This document shows, piece by piece, positions 46,746 through 59,249 of a stretch of DNA of 64,000 bases (position 1 is the stretch's first letter; each line of letters starts with the position of its first letter). Under the pieces are notes generated by a model that worked only from the letters and a program-made list of their open reading frames with translations, was not told where the DNA came from and made no database searches. The position numbers and the translations under genes were made by a program. This DNA is from Felis catus (Eukaryota). The stretch is taken from the NCBI RefSeq assembly GCF_018350175.1, contig NC_058368.1, forward strand, positions 150,352,001-150,416,000. The letters are read 5' to 3'.

Positions 46746-49700
46746 TACCTCCTTTTCCTGCCTCCCTTTCACCTGATGTTGTGAGAGAAGAATGCTTCCT
46801 CCTTACACATACCTACAAGTATTCCCAAATATAGTCACTCTAACCAGGTATTTTATTTTCCATGATGCTCCAACAAAATGAAGAAATGCTACCACAACCC
46901 TTTCTGGTTTGGTATATCACCACTTCCTTATACCCACCCTGCTCACCAAGATAATCTCAGGTGGCACAGAGAACATGCATGTAACATGGAACTTCTTAGG
47001 GCTGTCACAGTCAAGATGTGTGTAGAAAGATTGCTCCAGGATTCCCACAACTGGGACAAAATGTGACAAAGGTGGATTATGACGGCTCTCTTCTGAATGT
47101 GAAAAGGGGAACAGTAAGCCTACTATTATGTTGCTTGTGCCCCAAGAACAATATTGCCACTACTGAAAAAAAGAATATTATTTTCTCTAGGAAACCAAGC
47201 ATATTACATGTAAATCATTCATGTGCTCTTTAAAAGATTTGCATGTTGATGAGCCCAAGATTTCTCATTTTCCTTCCATTTTTACAGTATCTCTCTGGTC
47301 ATGGCTTAAAATCCATCACCAAAAATGCTAGTTGCCAATATTTCACTGTTAATTCTAAATATGCAGAAGTAGTATCTCCTATGCAAGGTCATGTCTGTGG
47401 TGGAGATCATACATTTGGGTATGAGTCATCTAGCCCAAATGTGTAAAAAGGCAACATCTTATTGGTAATGTCTTATCACCTTACAGAGCACTTCATCCAA
47501 ATATATTCTCTTGAAAACTGAAAGGGATAAATATGTCATATACTCGATTGGTCTGTAGGAGACATATGTCCTACAATTCCCTTCCTACCATACTCCAGCA
47601 ATATTCAGCATGAAAGAAGAGAATATAACAATGTAGCACATTGGAATGTATGAGCACAGTGAGGACTGTGTGGAAATACACTGAGTGTTCTTTGCCATAA
47701 GGTAGGACCCAGAGAATTTTCCACTACACGTCCAATTCCAAACTCAGCCTGCAAAGGAATTAGCTAATTTTTTTCCCAGTTCAACCTCTTCTAATGCCAG
47801 AATTAAAGTGTGGCTGCCCCTTGTGCCCACTGGACCTCAATGAGCAATGGATCCAAGAGTATTCCATAATGCTTTCATCATTTCTGCTTTTTTTTTTAAT
47901 TTTTCAAATAGGAACTTTTATGTAATTTTTGGTTCTTTCACATGTAATATTTTTGAAGAGAAAAAACATACCATGTTAACTTTTACAGTATCAAAAAGAA
48001 AGTGATAAACCAAAAGCATAATTAACTTTGTTACTTTAACATAACACGGTTGTTTTGATAGATCCCGGCTTACTAATGTCTCCACAGGCCACTTTCTTCC
48101 TCAGTATGCACAGATGAATGAAGAGATTAAACAATTTTTGTGACTGACAGCAAGGTCAGACTTTAATTATTATGCTAACTTCATGTACTAGATTCCACAG
48201 ATTTACTACTTTCCTACTTGTTAATAAAAGTACTTTATTTTTACAAAATTTTATTTGTTAATACTTTATTTTTACAAAATTTTACCAGCCTTATGGTTTC
48301 TATGTCTTGTCTGTTGTAAATACTGCTGCTTTGAGTTAGTGTTTTAGTTACCTTTGGATATATTCCCAGAAGTGGAATTGCTTAATCTTATGACGGTTCT
48401 GTTTTTTTTTTACTTTTTTTGAGGATTCTCTATACTGTTTTCCATACTAGCTGTACCAATTTACAATCCCACCAATAGTGCACAAGAGTTCCCTTTTCTC
48501 CATATTCAAACCAGCATTTGTAATCTCTTGTCTTTTTGAGGATAGCCATTTTAGCAGGCATAGGTGAGATCTTATTGTGGTTTTAATTAGCATTTCCCTA
48601 ATGACTAGTGATGTTGAACATCTTTTCATGTTCCTGTTGGCCTTTCTTGTATCTTTTTTGGAGAAATAACTACTGAGGCCCTTTGCCCATTTTTTAATTG
48701 GGTTATTTGGGCTTGGGGGAGGAATGTTTGTTTACTACTGAGTTGTACAAGTTCTTCATGTTTGGGACATTAACTCCTTATCAGATAAATGGTTGGCAAA
48801 TATTTTTTCCCTTTCCATAAATTGTCTTTTTTGCTTTGTTGATGGTTTCCTTTGCTCTGCAGAAGCTTTTTAGTTTGATATAGTCCCACCTGTTAATTTT
48901 TTATTTTACTGCTGTATTTTAAGTGTCATATCCAAAAAAAAAAAATCACTTTGAAGACCCATGTCAAGGAGTTTTGTTTCTATGCTTTCTTCTAGGAATT
49001 TCATGATTTCAAGTCTTACATTTAAATCTTTAATCCATTTTAAGTTAATTTTCATGAGTGATATAAGATGTGGGTCCACTTTCATTCTTTTACATAAGAA
49101 TATCTAATTATCCCAGCACCATTTAATAGAGACTGTCTTTCTTCCATTGAGTTTTCTTGGCTCTCTTGTCAATAATAGTTGACCATATAGGTCTGGGCTT
49201 ATTTCTGGGCTTGTGATTTTTTCCCTATTGGTCTATATGTCTGTTTTTATGCTAGTTCAATATAATTTTGATGATTATAGCTGCATAGTATAGCATGGAA
49301 TCAGGAAGTGTAATAGCTCCTGCTTTGTTCTTCCACAGGATTTCTTTGGATTTTTTCGGTCTTTTGTGACTCCATATAAATTTTAGTACTGCTATTTCTA
49401 CTTCTGTAAAAATGCCATTGAAATGTTGATAGGGATTGCATTGAATCTATAGATGGATTTCAGCAGGATTGACATTTTCACAATATGAATACTTCCAATA
49501 CATAGACACAGGATACCTTTCCATTTATGTGTTTTAAAGTTATCACTGTAGACATCTTTAACCTTGTTAGTTAAATTTATTCCAAAGTATTTTATTGTTT
49601 TGGGATGATATTATAAATGAGATTGATTTCTTTATTTCCTTGTCAGAAACTCCACTGTTGGTATATAGAAATGCTTCTGATTTTTTATGTTAGTTTTCTA

Positions 49701-51164
49701 TCTTGCAGTTTTACATAATTCATTGATTAAATCCAACAGCTTCTTGGTTGAGTCTTTAGGATTTTCTAAATATAAAATCATGTAATCTGCAAATAGAATG
49801 TCATTTCTTCTTTTCCAATTATATCTTTTATTTCTTTTTCTTGCCTTATTACTCTAGCTAAGATGTCCAGTACTATATTGAACAGAAGTTTGTCTTGTTC
49901 CTGAATTTAGAGGAAAAACTTTCATTCTGAATGGATGTTGAATTTAGTTTAATGCTTTTCCTGCATCTATTGAGATGATCACATGATTCTTTTCCTTCAT
50001 TCTATTAATCTGATATATCACACTGTTTGATTTGCATATGTTGAATCATCCCTGCATTCTAGGAATAAATCCCACTTGATCATGGTGGATGATCATTTTA
50101 GTGTGCTACTGAATTTGGTTTGCTAGTATTTTGTTGACAATTTTTGCATCTATATTTATCAGGGATATTGTCCTATAGTCTTCTTTTGTTTTGTTTCCAG
50201 TAGTGTCTTTTTTCTGGTTTCCATACCAGGATAATACTGGTCTTATAAAATGAGTTTGGGAGTGTTTCCTCCTTTTTGACTTGTGAGAGAGTTTGAAAAG
50301 GATTGGTGTTAATTCTTTAAATGTTTGGTCACCAGTCAAGCCATATGGTCCTGTGCTTTTTTCACTGGGAGATTTCTTTTCTTCACTTCTCCTTACTAGT
50401 AATTGGTCTACTCAGATTTTCTATTTCTTCCTGATGCAGTCTTAGTAAGTTGTATGTTTTAAAGAATTTTGCCATTTTTTTCTAGGTTGTCCAGTTTGTT
50501 GGCATATAGTTGTCCAGAGTAGCATCTTATAATCCTTTGAATATCTGTAGTGTCAGTTGTAATGTCTCCTTTTTCATTTATAATTTTGTTGATTCAAGTC
50601 CTTTCTCATTTTCTTTTTCTTTCTCATTTTCCTTGGTTTGTCAATTTTGTTTATCTTTTTAAAGAATCAACTCATAGTTTAATCTTTCCTATTGTTTTTC
50701 TCATCTCAATTTCATATATTCCTACTCTCATATTTATTATTTTGTTTCTTCTGCAAACTTTGGGCTCAGTTTGTTCTTCTTTTTCTAATTCTTTAAGGCA
50801 TAGAGTTAGGTTGTTTATTTGGGAACTTTCTTGTTTCTTAATGTAGGCACTTATTACTATAAACTTTCCTTTTAGAACTGCTTTTGCTGCATCCCATAAG
50901 TTCTGGTATGCTGTGTTTCCATTTTTGCTGTCTCAAGAAGCTTTTTTTATTTCCCCTTTAATTTCTTCTTTGAGTCATTTGTTGTTCAGGAGATTGTTGT
51001 TTAATCTCTGTATGTTCATGAATTTTCCAGTTTTCCTCTTGTAACTGATTTCTAGTTGCATGCCATTGTGGGCAGAAAAGATAGTTGATACGATTTCCAT
51101 CTTCTTGAATTATATAAAGTTTTGTGGCCTAACATGTGGTCTATCCTACAAAATGTTCCACGTA

Positions 51165-51370
51165 GGGATGCCTGAGTGGCTCAGTTGGCTGAATGTCTGA
51201 CATCAGCTCAGGTCATGATCTCACAGTTTGTGGGTTCAAGGTGCGCAACAGACTTGCTGCTGTCAGTGCAGAGCCTGCTTTGGATCTTCTGTTCCCTCTC
51301 TCTCTGTCCCTTCCCTGCTCACACACTCACTCTCAAAAATAAATTTAAAAGACATTTAAAAAATGTTTAA
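51165..51370 (+). mobile_element. CanSINE nested in the large L1
   Basis: GGGATGCCTGAGTGGCTCAG head; TSD AAAATGTTCCA (51150-51160 / 51371-51381). Confidence 0.95.
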
Positions 51371-51619
51371 AAAATGTTCCATATGTTCTTCAGAAGAATG
51401 TGTACTCTGCTGTTGTTGGACAAAATATCTGTTAGGTCTATTTGGTTTATAGTGTTGTTAAAATCTGTGGTTTCTTTGTTGATTTTCTAGCTGTATGATC
51501 TATCCATTGTTGATAATGGGATATTAAATCCCAACTATCATTGTACTGCTGTTTATTTCTGCTTTTAACTCTGTTAGTCTTTGCTTTATATATTTAGGTG
51601 TTTCAATGTTGACTGCAGA

Positions 51620-51803
51620 AATACTCTTAAATACAGAGAACAAACTGAGGTTTGGTGGGGGTAGGGGGTTGGGTAAGTGGGCATTGGGCATTGAGGAGGG
51701 CACTTTTTGGGATGAGCACTGGTTATTGTATGTGAGTGATGAATCATGGGAATCTACTCCTAAAGCCAAGACTATGCCATCTGTCATATAAAATAAAATA
51801 AAA
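51620..51803 (+). mobile_element. short carnivore L1 3' end nested antisense in the large L1
   Basis: ACTCTTAAATACAGAGAACAAACTGAGG...GGGATGAGCACTGGTTATTGTATGTGAGTGATGAATCATGGGAATCTACTCC...AAATAAAATAAAA. Confidence 0.88.
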
Positions 51804-52530
51804 TTGCTACACCTTCTTGATGCATTGACTTTTTTATCATTATATAATGACTTTGTCTCTTTTTAATCTATTTTGTCTGATATAAACATAGTTACCCCTG
51901 ATTTTTTGGTTACTATGTGCTTGAAATGTCTTTTTCCCTCCTTTCATTTTCAGTTCATGTGTGTCTTCAAGGCTAAAGTGAGACTTCAAGTGCTAAAGTG
52001 AGGTAGCATATGGTTGGATCTTGTTTTTTATCCATTTTGTTCATTCTATGTCTTTGGATTGGACAGTTTAATCTATTTACATTTAAAGTAATTATTGACA
52101 GGTAAGGATTTATGACTGCTGTTTTGTTCACTGTTTTCTAGTTATTTTGGAGATCAGTTTTTTCTTGTTTCTTAACCTGTTGTCTTTTTGTTGTTGGATG
52201 GGGGTTAATGTCTTTTGGTATCAGTATGTTTTGACTTCTTTATCATTTTTGTGTAATTACTACAAGTCTTTCCCTTGTGGTTACTATAAGGCTTACACAA
52301 AATGTCTTAAATTTATTACACTATTTTTAAACTGATAACAAGTTCACTTTGATAGAATTTGTATACTTTATACTTTACTTCTTCTCCTCCTCATAGTTTA
52401 GGTTTTTGCTGTTATAATCTACATATTTTTTATATTGTGTAACTAATATCGGATTATTATATTTATGGCTATTTTTGTAACATCCTTCTAACTGTTGAAT
52501 TACAATTTTGAGTTATACACCACTATTACC

Positions 52531-52615
52531 ATAATGCAGAATCTATGGCTATATATATATATATATATATATATATAATGCAGAATCTATGACTATATAT
52601 ATATATATATATATA
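52531..52615. repeat. tandem duplication of ATAATGCAGAATCTATG(G/A)C(TA)n
   Basis: Two adjacent copies, each ending in a TA run. Confidence 0.9.
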
Positions 52616-54294
52616 CCAATAACATTTATAATACCTTTTTATGTTTTTATAATGTAAATTAATGTTCTACTTCCACTCTAAGAACTCCCTTTAGCATTCC
52701 TTATAAGCCAGGTCTGGTGGTAATGAACTTCCCTAACTTTTCTCTGTTTGGGAAAGCTGTTATACCTCCTTCATTTTGGAGGACAGTGTGGCTGGGTATG
52801 GAATTCTTGGTTGACAGTTATTTTCTTTTAATAATTTCAATATATCATTCCATTCTTTCCTGGTCTGAAAAGATTCTGTTGAGAAATATTCTAGTAGTCT
52901 TATGTGGCTCCCTTGTACAGAACTTCTCTATTTTCTCTTGCTATTCTTAAAATTCCCTTTCACTTTTCAAAATTTAAATCTAATGGGTCTTAGTATAGCT
53001 GTTTTCAGGTAGAACCTATTTGGAATTATTAGAGCCTCATGGATCTGGATGTCCATTTCTCTCCCCAACTTTGAGGAGCTGTCAGCCATTATTGCTTCAA
53101 ATATACTTTCTGTCCCTTTCTCTTTCTCTTTTCTTTCTGAAAGTCCCATATGCAAATATTGTTTCTTTTCATTATGTCCCATAATTCCTGTAGGATTTCT
53201 TCACTTCTTATTCTTTTTTATTTTTACTCCTCTGAGTTGGTAATTGTTAATATCCTATCCTCTAGGTTTTTGATTCTTCTGCATGGGCAAGTCTACTTTT
53301 GAAACTCTCTATTGAATTATTCAGTTCAGTTATATTTTTCAAGTCTAGGATTCTCTGTTGACTTGGGTTTTTTTTTTAATGATTCTTATTTCCTTGTCAA
53401 ATTTCTCATTTTGTACATGCATTGTTTTCCTAATTTCATTTACTTGTCAGTTTGTGTTTTGTTGAAGTTCACTAAACTTCCTTATGAGGATTATTCTGAA
53501 TTCTTTGTCTGATAGTTCAAAGATCTCCATTTCTTTAGGGTCAGTTCCTGGACCTTTATTGTTCTTTGATGGTGTCACATTTTCCTGATTTTTCATGATA
53601 CTTGATTTCTTATGTTAGTATCTGTAGAGTAATGAGGTTCCTCTTCTCTACTTTACAGGTTTGTTTTGGCAGAAACAGCTTTTTACCAGTCAGCTCAGTT
53701 GGGTTTCTGGATGTGTCTGCTGGCAATGTTTTTGGACAGGAGAGGCCTGCTATTATGGTCTATATTTGAGCAAGGCAACTATTCAAGCTCTGAGAATGGA
53801 GATGGGTAGGAAGGGCTGCCACTGGCTGAGAACAGCTGGATAGGACTGCTGGCTTGGTTCCCTATCTAAGTGAGACTGTTGGATGGGCTCCACAGAAGCC
53901 TGGATTCTCTGGGCAGGTTTACTAGATGGTCATCACTTGTTACTATATTCAATAATAGTTGAGGTATAAATTAGTTTCCCTGCCCTGGCAGGGCAACAGG
54001 CTGCAATTCAGGGCTTGTATAGCTCATTGTTTGGAAGCCTGAATCAGGACTGAATAAGCATTGAATTCCTTGGTCAGATGAGGCCACTGGTTTTGTTCTA
54101 CAGATAGAAGCCATGGGCTATGCTCTCTGTGCCACTGTATGTAGGACTATTAAATGGGCTACGCAGCTTCCTGTGTACTCTGGTTAGTTCCCCTGGTCAG
54201 ACAAACTGAAGGCTGTATTCAACAATAATAAGTACTACAAATGAGATTCCCTCTCCAGGTCCAGTGGGAAAGGCAACTTTAAAACCAGTAAAAC

Positions 54295-54463
54295 CTTGAT
54301 CATAAGAGACTCTTAAAAACTGAGAACAAACTGAGGGTTGATGGGGGGTGGGAGGGAGGGGAGGGTAGGTGATGGGTATTGAAGAGGGCATCTTTTGGGA
54401 TGAGCACTGGGTGTTGTATGGAAACCAATTTGACAATAAATTTCATATATTAAAAAAAAGTGA
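54295..54463 (+). mobile_element. young felid L1 3' end nested in the 5' UTR of the large L1
   Basis: CATAAGAGACTCTTAAAAACTGAGAACAAACTGAGGGTTG...GTATGGAAACCAATTTGACAATAAATTTC..(A)8; perfect 17-bp TSD TTTAAAACCAGTAAAAC (54278-54294 / 54464-54480). Confidence 0.95.
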
Positions 54464-54796
54464 TTTAAAACCAGTAAAACTTTGTTTGCTGTCTTAACCC
54501 AACTCACACCTCAAGTCTCTTGGCTGAACAGGGCCACTGTCTTTGCTCTGCAAACTATTAACTTTGTCTACCCTTCTCTCAATTTAAGTGCTGCTGGTCC
54601 ACACCGTTGTCAGGTGTTTTCACCAGCCCTTCTGGTTAGAAGGAGTTGGAAGACACTCTCTACAGTGAGTGAAGCTATGTCTCAGCCCTCTTTCCTGGGC
54701 AGAAAAGGGAAGGGCCACTCCAGGCTACTCCTAATTTCCCAAATAGGATCTCCCTTGGAAAGGGAGATAGCCAGGAGCTACCCTCAGCCTTATCTA

Positions 54797-54800
<4 letters not shown>

Positions 54801-54845
<45 letters not shown>
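54801..54845. repeat. (TA)22 microsatellite
   Basis: Perfect TA run. Confidence 0.97.
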
Positions 54846-54847
<2 letters not shown>

Positions 54848-55674
54848 AAAGAAGCCTCTACACCCAGTACTGGCTTTGCTCTGAGGGCAATCTGTTCTGC
54901 CCATTTGTAGGCTTGAGTATTGCTGGTCCACAGAGCTTCCAAGACTTATCACAGGCCTTCTGGTAAATGGGGCTGGAAGACACTCTTCACAGCAGGTGGG
55001 GCCTTGACTCAACACCTTGCCTGAGAGTGGGCAAACTAGGATCCAGGTCCAGCAAATCTCCTCATTTGAAGATCTGAATCAGGCAGATCTGCATCCCACC
55101 AAGTTCTTTGCTCAGAGTGTGCCCCCAACATGGCTCTGCAGATAAGCCAAGAGGTTAGGATTACTACTTGGGCTCCGTAGGTATGAACCTAGTCTGCTAA
55201 GATCCATGTGCTGGTTATTGCAAGCCCCTTCCCCTTTTCTCTGTCATAGTCAAATTGCCAGGGGCTGGACCCCAACGTTTCTCCTACACTTCCCATGCTG
55301 CAAGATCAGAGTAGGGGTTTCCACAAAGCAACCCGCAATGCTAAGGGAGGCTGGTGGAGGAACCTAAGACTCATGGGAGACCTCTCCATGTGGTGCTGCA
55401 CAGCCCTGAGGCAGGGCAAAGTGCTCAATGTGTAGCCACCTCTCTTACTCTGCTGATGCAGTCTCTCTTGGTCCCTGAGGTGCAGGGGGTGCTTCAGCCT
55501 CACTTCCATGTTCTAGGATTCTCACAGCAGTGTCTTGTTCATGAATAGTTATTGTTTTTCTTGTAAGGGGACATGAAGTCAGGAACAGCCTATATCACCA
55601 TCTTGGTGGCATCACTTCTGTTAGTTTCTGCTTATAAGTCAAATGTGTATGAGTCTACCAGCATTAAGCTGGGT

Positions 55675-55850
55675 GAGTGGTTTATTCATTTATTAAACAA
55701 ATATTTCTTGAATGGGTTGATGGCAGGCATCAAAGGAGGTGCTGAGAACACAACAGCAAGTAAGATAAACCTAGTCCTGTGCTCTGCTCAGGCAGGCTAC
55801 ATTATAAGGGAAGACAGAAAATTAGCCAAGTAATTACAGTGGAAACAATT
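55675..55850 (-). mobile_element. L2 3' fragment
   Basis: TTTATTCATTTATTAAACAAATATTTCTTGAATG...AGGTGCTGAGAACACAACAGCAAGTAAGATA...GTCCTGTGCTCT. Confidence 0.75.
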
Positions 55851-58800
55851 ATAGACATACTTAACTTACTTTTTGTCAACTATATTCATTCAGATCAGAA
55901 AAAAAAGAAATGAAGAAGAGTTGGCAGAGGGGAAAAGAGAAACATAAAAAATCTAAACTCTGCCCACCATTCTTCTCACTGATAACACGTCCTGACATAA
56001 ACATGATCCAGAAAATATGAAATCTCAGTTACCACCTGCCATGCATAATGTGAACATCTCACCATGGGATGATCTAAGTGTTTTGAAGGTTTGACCACTA
56101 AATACAAGTCACTGCCTTCATCTTATCTTCAACTGAATTAATAGCAGTCTAGAAGACAAATAGGTTGTGCTGGACTTATTAAAGACAGGATAAATAAATA
56201 TATCCTCCAATGTGGTAACTTCCTATAGGATTTTTCAAAGATAATTTTGACCTTGTGTGAATCCTGTTTACTGAAGTGCATAAGCTATGTCTCTACTCTA
56301 TTATAGTGCGGTATATGGCAGAAAAGAAAAGCTCCAGGCACATAGACCAAAATTTTTCCTGTTTGATTTTACAGATCACCATAAATGCAAATGAAGTGAA
56401 ATGAATGATGAGAGGGTCATATTTCCTGCCAAACACTATAGAGTTCATGCTCTTTTCCTTTAGCAATGCCTGTTCAATACTGTTATCTTTAGTGTGCAAA
56501 GCAAATTTAAAAAGATCAAAGTGTTTTACCATTAGGACAAGATATTTTCTCACTCGAGAAGATGCTGTATTTAATCCCAGTGCAATTCTTCTTGATACAA
56601 ATGAGATGGATCAAAAAACAAACAAGCAAGAGTGAATAGTGGAGTGTCTTCACTCTTCATTTCTATTAGTAGACCCTCAGGATGAGACATTTGACTATTT
56701 CCTTCCCATCTGCTTCCTCAATGGGCAGTGCCAGCAACCCTGCTCAAATGAACTGGGCTTAAGGAAAGACTTTGGATGAACATACTCCATGTAATGAAAG
56801 AGAATCAGAGTAAAAAATGAAAGCAGTCACCTGCATAATTCAAGGCAAAAGCTCATTTTTATCTCTATTACCTGGATACTTGGAGTGAGAGGGAGGCAGT
56901 AAATTATCTCGATAATTGCATTATTTCTTTAACTCAATGCATCTTCATCCTCAACTACAAAAAGTTTCTTATTTTCTTTCTGCAATAGTCCAATTTCTAA
57001 ACTTAATTGAAATAAATAGCAAAACCAAATGCAAGCATTATCATTCACACGAAGACTTGGTGACCCAGAGAAGTATATTGGCCTTACAGCACTTAACTTT
57101 TGCATTACTGTTTCATTACAATATCACTTAATTGATATTCAAAAACATGCAAGCTCATGCAACTTTCCCATAAACCAAAGTAGAAAATGTTGAAATGGAG
57201 AAGAACAACAAGAATGCATAAATAAAATATGAAGAGTTTTGTCATGTTCTATTAGGGTTTTTCATGTTAGCATCCTATTATATTAGTATTTGTTTTCACT
57301 AATATGAAATGAAAATTGCTGAAATGATTGCATGGTCATATCTTGTTAGGCAATTCAAATTCTAAAATTATATGATTCTAATATAAGATGAAAGAAAATT
57401 GTTAATATTATAAAAAGTTTCTAATATGATGTGAAGGCCCATCTGGAAAAAAAAAAAGTTTAAGTTACTTTAGAGTGATTTCTTGGAAATATTTTCTTCA
57501 CAGGAACCAGGTGGTGACAAAGAATCAGAAATTGGGCATGAGGATATCACTAGTTGACTGGAAACATAAACAGAAAATATTTCTCTCAAACAGTCAATAT
57601 ATTGCATGAATTTTTTTTATTCATTCTACAAGTGAATTTGTTTTTAAATGCAGGAAGTAACTGCAGTGATTTTGATTTGGGGGGTATTTTGTTTGTTTGT
57701 ATTTAAGAAAAGTCACTATTAGTAATATTACTCTTCATAATGCGTTTTCATGTGGAAGTTACTATTAATTACTAAACAATGAACTAATTGCTAAATAACA
57801 CAGCTTGATGTCTTGTCTATGGTAATAAATGTAGGGTATTGCTTAAGTTAAGGTAATGTTTTTTTAGCACTTACGGAGAGACCTGTTTAATTTAGTGCAT
57901 ATCTTAAATGTGATATTATATCATTTAGTGGTCTGATTTATTAAATAATTTGGGGTTAAATCTAAAGTTCACTTTCAATCTAGGCATAAGTGTGATGCTT
58001 TGGGGTATCAGAAGCAGCAACATGCCTAATGTAACTTTGAAGTCAAAGTACACCTTCTTTACCAAATTCATGTTTTATGTTACAGAAACCTGGCGTAAGA
58101 ATCGAGAGATGAAAGAAACACTAGAAGAATAGAATAATTGGTTGTAAAGGATGCTATTTACTCTTTTATAAATACTGATTTCCAAATTCTATATGATTCC
58201 CTAAAATATTCTATTTGAATGAAGACTGCCACATTTTAGCATTTATCTTAATGTCACATTTTATACACTGAAGAAAACTTTTCTCTCAAAGATAACATTA
58301 TCAATAGTTTACAAAACGATTATCATTGCTTGAAGGGTGAGGTTTAGGAAATCTAGTCCTGACATATATTACTTTTAGGGAAAAATAAATTTATCTCAAT
58401 TGGCTCTTAATGCCAGCTAAACAGAAAAACCATTTAAAATTAGCTTCCAGACACAAAAATCATCTGTTGATTTTTGATGTTTGATGAGTTGAAATTAGAT
58501 GTTTTATAAAGAAGACAAGGTGAAAAACTTGGCTTTAGGATAGGCCAACTTTCTTCACACAACGTATTTCATCTTAACTGTGGTGTGGATTGTGTTTGCC
58601 AGGACCAGGCTAGTCCTATCTCTCTCTCATTTCACCCAACTTGAACGGTTCAACCCCATGTCCATTCTTCAAAGATGTTTTGGGATAAGAACCATCTTGA
58701 TATAAACTTCTCTGGGGCCATTTGGATCTCTGTGGTGAACCAATAAAGCAAACTAACTAAAATAACAGCTGAGCTAACCATGAGAATGTTTAAAACGATA

Positions 58801-59249
58801 AGACTTGAATGACAGCTTTTCTAAATTCCAGTGAACTTTCCTAATTACCATATCTGTCCCAGTTTGAGTATCTAGGTCTTGTTACCAAGTCTTCTCTTGT
58901 CTGAGGAAAAGAAAATTCAGTGGAAGAAGTTTCTGAGGGTAGTAATAAGAACTGGAACATCCATATCACTTCACGATCCCTTTCCAATAAACTATACGGT
59001 CAGAAGATCAGATACATCTTGGAACAGGAAACTTTACCATTAAAAAAAAAAAGACAAAAACAAGAACCTCAGCTCCACTGTATATCTTCCATAAAGAATA
59101 GATTTTCCTATTTCTCTTTCGTGAGGGATTTTTCAGTGTTGGAAACTGTATACTTATCTATGTTCTAATTAATCAAGATAACATGATTCATCCTCAAGTT
59201 AGACTTTATCCTAAGCAATTTTTCTAATGTTTTCACTAACTTTCTTTAA

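Larger units (their letters stand above)
48292..55620 (-). mobile_element. near full-length decayed L1 (5' UTR, ORF1, ORF2; 3' UTR missing), L1MA/MB or early-carnivore age
   Basis: Minus-strand peptides match ORF1 (EKEKGTESIFEAIMADSSSKLGREMDIQIHEA, 52967-53182), endonuclease (PKYIKQRLTELKAEINSSTMIVG, ~51524-51600), RT N-terminus (DYRTISLINIDAKIVNKILANQIQ, 50106-50339) and C-terminus ([20 protein letters not shown], 48447-48629). The 5' end CAGAAGTGATGCCACCAAGATGGTG carries the YY1-type motif of L1 starts. Many stops, frameshifts and deletions. Confidence 0.95.

Noticed and set aside
48447..53243. Reverse-transcriptase, endonuclease and ORF1-like ORFs as an active or novel retroelement
   Set aside because: Fragments of one decayed L1 with many stops, deletions (e.g. 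~49890 and ~49930) and nested insertions.
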